From assembly GCF_964355755.1 (NCBI RefSeq), contig NC_092674.1, positions 26,660,001-26,724,000 on the forward strand: DNA of 64,000 bases. The letters are read 5' to 3'. Below are positions 26,765 to 40,300 of the stretch, piece by piece. Within the stretch, counting starts at the first letter, position 1. Every line of letters begins with the position of its first letter. The position numbers and the translations under genes were made by a program. The notes beneath the pieces are model-generated. The model saw nothing but the letters and a program-made list of their open reading frames with translations, did no database searches and was not told the DNA's origin. This DNA comes from Antedon mediterranea. Its lineage: Eukaryota; Animalia; Echinodermata.

Positions 26765-29700
26765 TCATACTACAAAGTTGCCATTGCCCTGGGTACTCTG
26801 CATTACTGGTAACTGGCTTCTGTTATTTTCTTTATTGGGCCTACATACATTACAATTCAGTAATTCATCAAAAATTTGTTTTTCATTTTCATTCATTGTC
26901 CCTTGTGTCGTCAATGCCTTTGCGATGTGTGAAACCTTTATCTCATCTTCCAATGTTTTGCATATTTGAACTAAGTCGTCAAATGGCATGTTCCTTCCCT
27001 TGAAGGTAAGCATATAATGTTGCGGTAATTGCATTTGTTGAGCAATTTTTATAACAGTTTGCGGTGAACTGTTTAGAATACTACGTAGTTGTTGATACAA
27101 TGAATCTGGTGTAGATTTTTCCATCAAATCATCAATCGAGCACATACAAGGATCTCCTTCAAAAGAAAATATAATTTAACATTACCAAATATGATGGGTG
27201 TACACATTATTGATACTGTTATACAAATTTTTAGCAATTTAAAGTTAGGTATACATGTGTTTTCTTTAATGAAATATATAGTTTTTAAATGATACCTACT
27301 TGTTATAGTACTTGTATCAGAGATTTCTGCAGAAGGGGAATTGGGCAGTAGCATTTCAGTTGTTCCATTCACATGTGGTAATTCATCTTTATTTCTATGG
27401 GAATTTGTACCTGTTAACCAGTGTGGAAAGTCAATAAGCAAATTAAAAAATGTGAGAGTTTGGGAACAGACTCCTGATGAGAATCAGGGTTCCTATGTCA
27501 TTTTTTAACAGAATGAATTGAAACTCAGAAGATCAACCTATCAATCACAAACTCTTGTGTGATATGTGTATCTTTCATAATCCCCTCCCCCTCCTAAATT
27601 TGGAAAAATTCAATGCAAAATAGGGCATGAATTGAGTTTAGCACTTGAATTTTTAGGTCCTCACTCTCATTTCAAAATTCTGGATCCATCACTCTTTATC
27701 TTGTCAAATTACATCTGTAAAATTGTGTTCGCATAACGCATCCACACATACATCATCTTGCCTAGGCTCTTTTGTAAAATATGCAACGGAAAATAAGACA
27801 AATTTGCAAGGGAGCTTACCATTACGTTTGCCATTACCATTCCAACAATTTTTGCGACAACACCACCAACTAAGTGATACTGCCACTATCACAATTAAAA
27901 CACTGAACACACTAATAACTATGAATGAAAGAAAAACATTTGAAATATAAATATAGCAATACAACCAGAGTGACATGACAACTACCACGCTTGAAGTTGT
28001 TGGTGTATTCAATCATCAGTATTTTACAGGCACTACTTATCTTTAAAACCATATTTTGTTTGCAGTAATACAGGTGATAAGGTCATTTATTTCTAAATAC
28101 ATTATCTTTTCTTCCCATAGAGCACTATTTTTCTCTTATAATGCATCTGCTGACCTAGTGTATCTATGCCGTTTGATTGGTTGATTTTTTTTCATGTGCC
28201 ATGTATTATTTTAGTCCATTTTAATGATTAGGGGTACTATTGCACATTCATCTTTTTGTAAATATTCTCAGAGTGATGTGCTATGCACAAGGTTTGTGAG
28301 TGATTGATGGAAACCAACCCCTAGTGTTGAGAGCTACACTTTTCACTGGTACAATTGACCAGGCTGAGCCATAACAAATTTAACTCATAAACATTATTGT
28401 TTTAATACTTAGGCCTACCTATAGCACGTGAATTTGAAGTTGAACTTGTTGGTGCAACAGTTGTCACATCGGTCGTGGGTGCAACAGTTGTCAAAATTGA
28501 ACCTGAATAAAATAATGGAAATTGAAGAAATGCAATTTGTAAGTTATGAGATATTTCATGTCTCAAGGTGGTTTGATGGCGTAATAGGGTACAACACTGC
28601 AGTGATAGCAAGGTCAAATTATACAGCAAAGAAAAACAGGCAATTAGACTTATGATTTACAATGTAAGTTTTGACAGGTTGAATGCTTCTTGCTGGAAAC
28701 AGAATTACATCAGTGTTGTACACTAAAACGGTACACCAGACCATTATTATATTAATACAGTTCAGCGTTATAAGACGTGTTTCACACTAAAACACTGACT
28801 GTACAGTCACAACATTTGTTAGCATTGTATGCTAAAGCTCTGTCTACACTATCAAACTTTATGTGACAACAAAATGTGATGTTCCCATATATGGACATGA
28901 TGATGTCATATCACTACCATATTTGGGCATATCACTACCATATTTGGGCACATCACACATTGTTTGTAAAAACTGAGCTTTAAACACTATAATAATATCC
29001 TGGATGTATATAGCGCCTAATGTTGTGAAAGCACTGAACATTATTACCCCAGTCATTTTTTGCATCAAACACGTATGGAAACCTACTCCCATAATGCAGC
29101 TAGTAATCAGCGCAAAGTTGTGCCTTGATCTAACCGGGTACGCATTTATACACTTGGGTGGAGAGAGGCAAACGTAAGTGAAGTATCTTGCCTAAGGATA
29201 CAAGCAATGCGGCAGAGTTGGATTCGATCAACAAATACACTGCGCCACACACCCGTAAAGGTGTGTGGACCATAATTCCATAGCTGTGATATACTCCACA
29301 CTGAATTTAAATTATGTTTTGATAAACAATAGGCCTTCCGTAAATTACAGGATGTGAAGTAAAACCACAACATAATCATAAACGCAATGAAATTGTTGGT
29401 TGATTTTGTAACATATTTACAGTGTACATTATTTCCAAATTATAAATTGTATTATAATAATATACATATATATATATATTGTTTTCCACTCTTATTCAGA
29501 CTCCACCCTGGCTCCCTTTGTTATATTTCTTTTATTCCTGTCCACCCAGGCAGCACTTGCCAGCTTTATACTATGATGTTATCCAAATTCCTTCACTTGC
29601 ACTGATGAAGGGCTAGTGTTGCCCGAAAGCTCTGCTAACTTTTCTGGCTGTTTACTTTATCGTTTTGATTTAGCTTTTTGCTTTTTATTTTTGTATCTGG

Positions 29701-32700
29701 ATTTATATATACTGTATATATATTCAGAGAATTGTGTTGTTTCTGTGATGTTTGCATTCTATTCTGTGTTGTGCAATTTTCTGTGTATTTTACTGTTTTA
29801 TTTATATTTTATATGTCAGATGATATGCCAGTTTTTCAGTTTTAATGGACAAATAAAGATACTATGAGTATGACTCTATGGATCTATTCTTTAAAGATAT
29901 ATTGTCCTCCTAAACGTTTTTGTTTTCAAATTTTTTCAAAAACTGGATGGAAAAAAAAATTATTTACCTGAAAAAATGTAATTTAAATGGTTTTTGGTTA
30001 AAATCAACTTTTTTCTTTTTATAAGTGAAATAATAATTTTTTGTGGTTTTTTTTACAGAAGTGAATAACTTTATTAAAACCGCAAAATGGTCTGATTTTA
30101 ATAATCTTCATTTTTCATGTTTTTGGAGGACAATACATCAATCATTTCATTGTTATATTGGTGTTAAATTGCAGGCAACCAAAACCAGAATCTCAAAGAA
30201 TCAGAAACTCTCCAATTTTTTTACGGGTTCTAGATTTTTTTTGCGATACGGGTTCTACATAGGTGCCTGCCTGCATATTTCAAAATCCTGGATCAGCCCA
30301 AAGTTGTCAGGTTTTTGGAGAGTAGATAAGCTTACTATAAGTAGGGATGCTTCCATTCTGAGTTGTTGAAGATGACAATGTTGTTAGTACAGGATCATCA
30401 GTGCACTGCATCTTAGGCATGGCTAAAAGGTTTAAATCCGTAGCAAAATCATGTCCACAATATCTAGGGCATTGTAGTTCCATACACTCTGTTTCGTAAG
30501 ATCTTTTCACATCCTCTCCATTTGTTCTGCAATCTGCACATTCTAAACAATCGCCACTCCATTGATCCTTGTACATTCTAAAAATGTGATAATGGATAAA
30601 TTTAAATTTAATTCCATTTAATTAATAGAGATATTAACAATAGGTCTGGTAGTAGACTTTGTCCATCATGTAATGTGCGATGTCGTTTTTGAAATTCTTT
30701 TGTGCCGAACTCTATTCCTATTTTTAATACTGGTTTCTCTAGAATGTAATTTGTAACAATACGTTTTTAATGTTACTGTTTAATACTTTTACATTTTTTG
30801 TCATTTTTGGTCCATTTATGTATCTCTCAACCGACATTTCTTTGTTTTTTACTTTTAATATAATTTCTTTAATTTTGAACAGAGATTTAAGGGAAGTAAG
30901 CGCACTTCAAATCTGACCAATCACGACGTAATGAATCATCAACTGTCGCTTGTGATTGGTCAACTCACTTACATTGTGCCTACATTGTTAAGTTTTGGAA
31001 ACAAGTTTTAGTAAATGGTATGAGAAAAATCTTTAGAATGTCAAAAATGAGAACGGCCCGATTTGAACCCATGACTTTAGTATTGGTAAGAATGTTATCA
31101 GTGCATCTACCACAATCTATGGAACTGTTACTAAATTCACTATCTTATAAAGGGTAAAACAAAATTAATAAAACAGTTAAATAGATTCATTTTCACTATA
31201 CAGGTGTTAATTCACCTGTTTTTTTTTTTTTTTTTCATATTTCATGGTACTAAAAACAGGACCGACGCAGCGGTAACACACACACATAGTGTTTAATGTT
31301 GGGTACAGTTTACTCTTTTTTTTACTCTTTACAAGGTGTCTGAATACAATACAATTATATAATACAGTAGATAGGATAGATCAAATAATTATATATATTC
31401 ATACTAAACATGTATATATATTTATATAAGTAAAACTTTAAAAAGAGATATAGTGGCGCTGTGCAACACGGCGACACAGCTCGTCTCATTGTCTCACTAT
31501 TGTCACTCATTTTTTGACGTTATTTTCGTATATTTGGACTGTTTTGTATTGTGGAAGAAGTCATTTGATTTATACATTATGTTGTATGTGAAAGTTTTGA
31601 AATTTCTGTATTTTTTGCTGATATTTTGGTTGTTCTTACTGTGTGGATTGAGTAAGCCGGGCGGTGGAATTGCGTACACGTCATCTGATTTGCATTCCAT
31701 GGGCGAGAGGTCGACCTCACCGCTACCGGCACACGTTGAATTACCATCTGAGATACAACGTCGCAGGCTTCGGAAAAGGGGCAAGGCTGGTGGGGTCAGA
31801 AAGCGACTACAACGAAGGAAATGTAAGCCTTTTATACCATCTTTAATATTTGGAAATGTAAGATCTTTGAATAACAAAGTCGATTTACTCAGAGCAAACG
31901 TCGAACACTTCAGCGATTTTAGGAATGCCAGCTTACTTGCATTCACGGAAACCCACCTGAGCGATAAGCATAGCGATCAACATATTCAAGTAGTTGGCTT
32001 TAAATCTGTTCGTGGGGATCGTACAGCCGAAGCGAACAAAGATGGCGGTGGTGGTCTTTGCCTCTACATTAATGAGAAATACTGTCATCCAAATAACTCT
32101 ACGCTTAAGCTTCATAAATGTTCGCCACACTCGGAAGTGCTGGTTGTTGGTATTCGCCCCTACTATCTTCCGAGAGAGTTCTCGCATGTTATCAATGTTA
32201 TGGTATACATACCTAACAAAAAGCTTGAAAAGCCTGCTATAAATGAGATCGCAGAAATTATCGAAGGTATTGAGTGTAGTCACCCTGAGGCGCTTGTAAT
32301 TATCAATGGCGATTTCAACAGATGCAAGCTCAAGAAAACAACGGCCACTTATTATCAGCATGTTACATGTAAAACGAGGGACAACGCGATTCTTGATTTA
32401 TGCTACTCTAGTGTGAAGGATGCCTATATTTCGACCCCACTACCGAACTTGGGCAAATCTGATCATAATTTGATTTTACTCAGTCCTAAATATCGCCCGT
32501 TAAATAAGACATGCCAACCAAAAATTATTAATGTACGTAAATGGTCTCCTGAAGCCGAGGAAGCCCTGATAGCGGAATTTGAATCTACCGATTGGGATAT
32601 TTTTACGGAGGATGAAGATTTGAATAGTATTACTTATGCAGTGAGCTCGTACATAAACTTTTGTATTGATAAATGCGTTCCAGTTAAAAAAGTGAAAATC

Positions 32701-35700
32701 TACCCTAACAACAAGCCATGGATCACGAAAGGCGTTAAATTACTGTTGTGTGAGAAACGTAAAGCCTTTAAGATGGGCGACTCTAATCGTATGAAAATAT
32801 TGACTAGAGAGATTAAATCTGAAATAATGAAACAGAAGAACATTTATAGGAAAAAAGTTGAACATAACTTCAGGTCTAATAATATGAAACAAGTTTGGCA
32901 GGGTATGAAACTTATGAGTGGTTACACAAACGGTGGTAATACACCCACCTCGATTCCGAATGTTACTGTGCAATATGTTAATGAGTTAAATGAATTTTAT
33001 AACCGTTTTAATGTTCATGATTTTAAAAAAGAAAGAGAGGCTCTATTTAGCTTGTGTCGGGTGACTGAAGATGATCCCAAATTTAGTATAAGCATTTCTG
33101 ATGTACATAACGAATTTATGAAACTCAATTCATCGAAGGCTGCTGGGCCGGATAGAATCCCACCACGAGTACTTAAGGTCTGCTCTCCTCACCTTGATGG
33201 TATATTTACATTTATTTTCAATATGTGTCTTTCTTATCATGCGTTCCCGGATATTTGGAAACTTTCATGCATAATACCGGTACCTAAGAAACCTAAGATT
33301 AACTGCATGAATGATTTGAGACCCGTTGCACTCACGTCTGTCGCGATGAAAATATTGGAACGTATTATTTTAAAAATTATGCAACCTTATGCTGAAAAAG
33401 TGTTAGACCCGTTGCAATTTGCTTACCGATCACTCCGTAGTACCAGTGATGCGATTTATTTTAAATTACATAAATTGTATTCACATCTAGATAATGTAAA
33501 GAAAGGCCACTCGGCACGTATTATGTATTTTGATTTTCAATCTGCGTTTAATACCATACAACCCCATATCTTAGCAGACAAAATGTTGAATATGGAGTTT
33601 CCCCGTCCGATTGTTCGTTTAGTTTTAAATTTCATTTGTGATAGAAAACAATTTGTTAATATTAATGGTGTTAAGTCAGAAATCGTAACCTGACACCGGT
33701 GTTCCTCAGGGTACTGTCAACGCACCTAAATTATATTCCTTGTATACGGCGGATTACAGATCTTTAAATGATGAGCTTTGCCCCGTTGTTAAATTCGCTG
33801 ATGACACTAGCACTATTGGTCTAATAGTTTCAAACAATGATGAAAATTATCGTAGCGAAATACAAAGATTTGTTAAATTTTGTGACGATAATTATCTCCA
33901 AATAAATGCATCAAAAACAAAGGAGATGATCATTGATTTTAGGACTAAACATAAATTTAATTTTCAACCAATCACTATCAAAGGTAAAGAAATTGAAATT
34001 GTTGACCAGTACAAGTATCTAGGAATTGTTTTCAATGATAAACTGAGTTGGGGAGACCATATAGACTTCATCAGCAAAAAATTAAGTCCCAGAATGTATT
34101 GTATGAGAACTTTATATAAATTTAACTCCTGTGATTTGATGTTACTTTCGTTCTATAGATCCGTTATATGTAGTGTTTGGACGTATTGCCTCTCCTGTTG
34201 GGCTGGTAATGTTACCGGAGGGAATAAAGGACGCCTTGAAACTTTCATCCGTCGGGCTGGTAAAATGATTGGTCTGGAACTGCCTTCCTTTACCGAAGTG
34301 CACCTAGAACACCTCCAGAAAGATTTCGAACGCATTGAGTCGGATGCCTCTCATCCTCTCCACAAAGTGATCATAGACCAACTTAATCCAAGTGGTAGAT
34401 TGAGGCTCCTCAGTGTGAAAACAAATCGATTTGCTAAATCCTTTATTCCCTCCGGTATCATCCAGTACAACAGGAAGTCAAGAAGATAATTTTATATTGT
34501 AATTTTTTAGATGTTTTTATATGAATGGTTTTATGCTATATTTGTTTTTATAGTGTTTTCTTTGTTATTATGACGAGCAATGAATTTCCTTTTTGAGGAT
34601 CAATAAAAGTTATCTTATCTTATCTTAAGGGAAAGGGAAGAAAAGAGAGAAAGAAAAGTGAAAGGAGAAGTAAGGGGGAAAAAAGAGAGGGAAAAAAAAT
34701 AAATAAATAAAATAAAATAAAAAAATAAATAAATAAATTAAAAAAAATAATAATAATAATAATAATGATAATTAATAATAATAATTATAAATAAATAAGG
34801 GAGTCAGTTTCTCTCTGTAAACTAAATAGAACAATAATACACAACCAAATACAGTAGAGCTAGCAAAACAGAGTTGGAGGAGCAGAGTCTTCACATATGA
34901 AGTTGGCTCCTAATACGAAGAAGAAGAAGAAGAAGAAGAAAATAAATATCAAATTCTGCAATTAACAATTCATTGTTCTAAGTAATCTAAACATATCTTA
35001 ATTCTATATGGTAAATAAAGATAATAAAGATATATAAAATTGTCCCCTAAACAATTTAGTGATTAACCTTCAATAAAAATACAAGATGGCTATTCAAATT
35101 GCATTAATCTTTATTTTTCATGTTTTTTGGGGGTTAATACATCTTTAATAAGTTTGTTTTCAGTTAAAAAAACACCCATATATACACAACTTACATAACA
35201 CACACAATTATTTAGGTTAGGTTTTCATTGGCACTATTTTTTGTTTTTAGTATGTGATGTGTGCTTTGTAAAGTTTATTAAATAAAATAAATTCACTCGC
35301 ATCGTAAACAATCACATTTGATCTGTATCTATAGACTACATGTGACTTACCCATAATCACATTCTGCCTTTGACTGCTCTATTATACTTAAAGCAATTCC
35401 AAAAATAATTTGATGCTAAAGAAAAGAACAACAAAAAAAACATTTAAAATATAATTTAAAATGTTACAAGGGCTATTAGTACATAGTAGGTTGAAATTTA
35501 ACATCACAATAGACACGTTTCGCGCTCGCGACCAATCAGAAATAGTGGGTATAGATTTGTAAACAAACCGAACACCTCTCGCCTAGTGCGTGTTGAAGCA
35601 TAGCGAAATGGCGACTGCCGAGTGCTTTTGTTGCAAGGTGCATCATAAATGTTGTATATGTTGGATAAATCGTGAATTTAACTACACAAAATCACTGAAT

Positions 35701-36764
35701 AATATTCCTGTTTTTAATTTTCAAACACTTGCTGAGTGGTTTGGTTTGGTTTCGGCTCCGAAGGATAGTGGCGCAAAATCTTGGAAATTCTTCAAGGAAA
35801 GGTACGTCCACGATGTGCTTGTGTCTCTCCGCCCGCCCGGTGGCGTTGCCTGATGCGGTACTTCGTCTACTAGGCCTAGGAGGCTTGGGTGTCTGTTTAA
35901 GTGCCGAAGAACATCACATAATACATGGAAGATGCAATTAATATATTTACGCAACATTTGTAAATAAAATCAACAGTTAACATGTATTAAATGCACCGTA
36001 ATATATATGTGTCAAACCAAAAATGACAATACATAAATAAAGTCGATGATTCCGAACCAAATGCCCAAATAATTCTACAGTGAATATAAAACATAAGTTT
36101 AGAAAATAAATAACATCCTTACCATGCCATTCCATCAAAAGGCTAGTTTTGACGATTGCTTTTTAAGATGATCATCTCTCAGTTCTCCCATGCTTTAACA
36201 TATACCTCTCGCTGTGTTTGTTTACCATTGTATACCCACTAAAAGGTCAAACTGACGGTGACCTCGCGAGCACGAAACGTGTCTATTGTGTATTTGTATT
36301 AGATTTTTTTAGATTTTTAGAGGTTATGTTACATTTTTTAATTTAGGCCTATGGCTATATTTTTATTCTATTTTTATTTTTAACATGGTTTTAAATTCAA
36401 TTCATCAAGGTTTTTAGTTTTTGTAAACTAATTTTCAGTAACTATCCTTTCCATCATATTGGGATTACAATTCACAGTAGGCCTACATCTATTGGTATTT
36501 AATTACAGTATTAACTATTTTACCAAACACAGATATTATTGTAGTGTAGGCTAATACTGTATATACTAATCTATGTAATTAGGCCTAATCTTCTATAAAA
36601 TATATAAACATTTTTTAGAATATCTAAACTGTATACATTCTTCTTCACCCCATGATTTAACGATTTTAATATTTCACTTTTTATATAAAATTTAAACAGA
36701 AATAAAATCCTATATAATAACAAGCCAGTGCCAGTTTAAAACATACCTTCACATTCAACAACAT
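26765..36764 (-). CDS. TNF-receptor-superfamily-like type I membrane protein (336 aa): signal peptide, one Cys-rich domain, Thr-rich stalk, TM helix, death-fold-like cytoplasmic region; exons 36764-36747, 35415-35351, 30577-30336, 28502-28419, 27918-27820, 27410-27300, 27156-26765
   Basis: Seven exons join in phase (1011 nt) to give MLLNVKHQIIFGIALSIIEQSKA-ECDYGMYKDQWSGDCLECADC...TTVAPTTDVTTVAPT...VISVFSVLIVIVAVSLSWWCCRK...LYQQLRSILNSSPQTVIKIAQQMQL... The family assignment is inferred from the CxxGxYxD...CxxCxxC pattern and domain order. Confidence 0.8.
29105..29232 (-). mobile_element. Fragment of a tRNA-derived SINE with a conserved V/Meta-type central domain
   Basis: Minus strand reads B-box-like ATCGAATCC, then TCCTTAGGCAAGATACTT...TGCCTCTCTCCACCCAAGTGTATAAATGCGTACCCGG. 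Confidence 0.55.
29597..29638 (+). ncRNA. Minimal type I hammerhead ribozyme motif of the Penelope-like-element kind
   Basis: TTGCA-CTGATGA-A-GGGC(tagtgtt)GCCC-GAAA-GCTC-TGCTAA: CUGAUGA and GAAA cores, a 4-bp stem II, a palindromic AGCT in place of stem III, and a short stem I (GCA/TGC). Confidence 0.7.
29891..30142. mobile_element. Small TIR element with TTAA-like ends (Kolobok-like MITE); related copy at about 35025-35150
   Basis: TTAAAGATATATTGTCCTCC at the left versus GGAGGACAATACATC at the right. Confidence 0.45.
31453..34627 (+). mobile_element. Near full-length non-LTR retrotransposon (single APE+RT ORF, Rex1/Babar-like within the L2/CR1 group), antisense in intron 2 of the TNFR-like gene; one frameshift at about 33691
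   Basis: RKRGKAGG leader; endonuclease motifs GNVRSL, FTETHL, GDFN, LD, SDH; RT motifs RPVALTS, QFAY, DFQSAFNTI, GVPQG (after the frameshift), KFADD, YKYLG; AATAAA followed by a (TTATC)3 tail. Confidence 0.92.
35505..36290. mobile_element. 786-bp non-autonomous DNA transposon with 26-bp TIRs and a remnant N-terminal ORF, in intron 1 of the TNFR-like gene
   Basis: CACAATAGACACGTTTCGCGCTCGCG at the left matches the reverse complement of the right end with one mismatch. The ORF at 35608 (YTKSLNNIPVFNF...KSWKFFKERYVHDV) resembles the N-terminus of SWIM/YqaJ accessory proteins (inference). Confidence 0.8.
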
Positions 36765-37309
36765 TATTTTCACCGCGCCCTCGGAGTACCTGATGAAGAA
36801 GATTTCGTATTGTAGCCTAGCTAGACCGTCTCCTTTTTCGTGAAATATCTCCAGATCTTTTGTACGCAAATGCTTATAAATAATATTTTAGATTGTCAAA
36901 AACTCCCAGGTCAAGAGTATCTTATCCAGAAGGTCTATGTCTAGTGTATTTGACACAAGAAAGACTGTGTATTATTCACAAATACTTTCGATTTCCATAC
37001 GATCACGCCATTGTCATCACAGAGTCATATAAATATGGAGCTATATTGTGTAGTCGTTTTTTGATAACTGAGAACTATCAGTGTGTATCATCCTCGTACA
37101 TAACTGTTTCTTAGTTGTAATAAAGATCACATTATTATAACATCTAGCATGTTATTATAATATATAAATTTATAGGTACCAATACTAATATTTTTATTTT
37201 CAAAAAAATTTGATTAGTATTTTAATAACACTAAAACAACATTCTTAATATAACAAATGATATGTAGTACTACTAAATCAATGTCTAATGCATAAAGGAC
37301 TATTATATG

Positions 37310-40300
37310 TACAGTATTATGATCAGTGTAGTTACAATTTGATAACTGAGCACGCATCTTTTAATATCTACCTCATCAATAATTAGCATTGATATCATAT
37401 ATCAGATTGTTGGATATGATCAGTGTAGTCATAATTTGATAACTGAGCACGCATCTTTTAATATCTACCTCATCAATAATTATTTTTAATAATCTATATC
37501 ACATTGTTCGATATAATCAGTGTAGTCAAAATTTGATAACTGAGCACGCATCTTTTAATATCTACCTCATCAATAATTATTATTAATAATCTATATCACA
37601 TTGTTCGATATGATCAGTGTAGTCAGAATTTGATAACTGAGCACGCGTCTTTTAATATCTACGTCATCAATAATTATTATTAATAATCTATATCACATTG
37701 TTCGATATGATCAGTGTGGTCAGAATTTGATAACTGAGCACGCATCTTTTAATATCTATTTCATCAATAATTATTATTAATACCCTACATCACATTGCTG
37801 GATATGATCAGTGTAGTCAGAATTTGATAACTGAGCACGCATCTATTAATATCTACCTCACCGATAATTATTATTAATATCATAAATCATACTGTTAGAT
37901 GGGATCAGTGTAGTCATAATTTGATAACTGAGCACGCATCTTTTAATATCTACCTCATCAATAATTATTATTAATAATCTATAGCACATTGTTTGATATG
38001 ATCAGTGTAGTCATAATTTGATAACTGAGCACGCATCTTTAAATATTTACATCATCAATAATTATTAATAATAATCTATATAACATTTTTGGATATGATC
38101 AGTGTAGTCATAATTTGATAACTGAGCACGCATCTTTAAATATCCACCTAATCAATAATTATTATTAATATCATATATCACATTGTTCAATATGATCAGT
38201 GTAGTCAGAATTTGATAACTGAGCACGCATCTTTTAATATCTACCTCATCAATAATTATTATTAATATCATATATCACATTGTTGGATATGATCAGTGTA
38301 GTCATAATTTGATAACTGAGCACGCATCTTTAAATGTTTACCTCATCAATAATTATTATTAATAATCTATAGCACATTGTTTGATATGATCAGTGTAGTC
38401 ATAATTTGATAACTGAGCACTCATCTTTTAATATCTACCTCATCAATAATCAATGTTAATAATCTAAATCACATTGTTTGATATGATCAGTGTAGTCATA
38501 ATTTGATTACTGAGCACGCATCTTTTAATATCTACCTCATCAATAATTATTATTAATATCTTATATCACATTGTTGGATATGATCAGTGTAGTCATAATT
38601 TGATAACTGAGCACGCATCTTTAAATATCTACATCATCAATAATTATTAATAATAATCTATATCACATTTTGGGATATGATCAGTGTAGTCATAATTTGA
38701 TAACTGAGCACGCATCTTTTAATATCTACCTCATCAATAATTATTATTAATATCTTATATCACATTGTTGGATATGATCAGTGTAGTCAGAATTTGATAA
38801 CTGAGCACGCATCTTTAAATATCTTACCTCATCAATAATTATTATTAATAATCTATATCACATTGTTGGATATAATCAGTGTAGTCATAATTTGATAACT
38901 GAGCACGCATCTTTTAATATCTACCTCATCAATAATTATTATTAATAATCTATAGCACATTGTTTGATATGATCAGTGTAGTCATAATTTGATAACTGAG
39001 CACGTATCTTTAAATATCTACATCATCAATAATTATTAATAATAATCTATATCACATTTTTGGATATGATCAGTGTAGTCATAATTTGATAACTGAGCAC
39101 GCATCTTTAAATATCCACCTAATCAATAATTATTAATAATATCATATATCACATTGTTCGATATGATCAGTGTAGTCAGAATTTGATAACTGAGCACGCA
39201 TCTTTTAATATCTACCTCATCAATAATTATTATTAATATCTTATATCACATTGTTGGATATGATCAGTGTAGTCATAATTTGATAACTGAGCACGCATCT
39301 TTAAATGTTTACCTCATCAATAATTATTATTAATAATCTATAGCACATTGTTTGATATGATCAGTGTAGTCATAATTTGATAACTGAGCACGCATCTTTT
39401 AATATCTACCTCATCAATAATTAATGTTAATAATCTAAATCACATTGTGGGATATGATCAGTGTAGTCATAATTTGATAACTGAGCACGCATCTTTAAAT
39501 ATCTACCTCATCAATAATTATTATTATTAATCTATATCACATTGTTGGATATAATCAGTGTAGTCATAATTTGATTACTGAGCACGCATCTTTTAATATC
39601 TACCTCATCAATAATTATTATTAATATCTTATATCACATTGTTTGATATGATCAGTGTAGTCATAATTTGATAACTGAGCACGCATCTTTAAATATCTAC
39701 ATCATCAATAATTATTAATAATAATCTATATCACATTGTGGGATATGATCAGTGTAGTCATAATTTGATAACTGAGCACGCATCTTTTAATATCTACCTC
39801 ATCAATAATTATTATTAATATCTTATATCACATTGTTGGATATGATCAGTGTAGTCAGAATTTGATAACTGAGCACGCATCTTTAAATATCTACAGCATC
39901 AATAATTATTATTAATAATCTATATCACATTGTTGGATATAATCAGTGTAGTCATATTTTGATAACTGAGCACGCATCTTTTAATATCTACCTCATCAAT
40001 AATTATTATTAATAATCTATAGCACATTGTTTGATATGATCAGTGTAGTCATAATTTGATAACTGAGCACGCATCTTTAAATATCTACAGCATCAATAAT
40101 TATTAATAATAATCTATATCACATTTTTGGATATGATCAGTGTAGTCATAATTTGATAACTGAGCACGCATCTTTAAATATCCACCTAATCAATAATTAT
40201 TAATAATATCATATATCACATTGTTCGATATGATCATTGTAGTCAGAATTTGATAACTGAGCACGCATCTTTTAATATCTACCTCATCAATAATTATTAT

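Noticed and set aside
31503-32973. Antisense and alternate-frame ORFs overlapping the LINE
   Set aside because: No recognisable motifs; these are shadows of the main ORF.
33691-33693. Selenocysteine or read-through TGA in the LINE ORF
   Set aside because: Downstream RT motifs are in a different frame, so this is a frameshift.
34628-34800. Functional purine-rich or A-rich element after the LINE
   Set aside because: Low-complexity simple repeats with no further structure.
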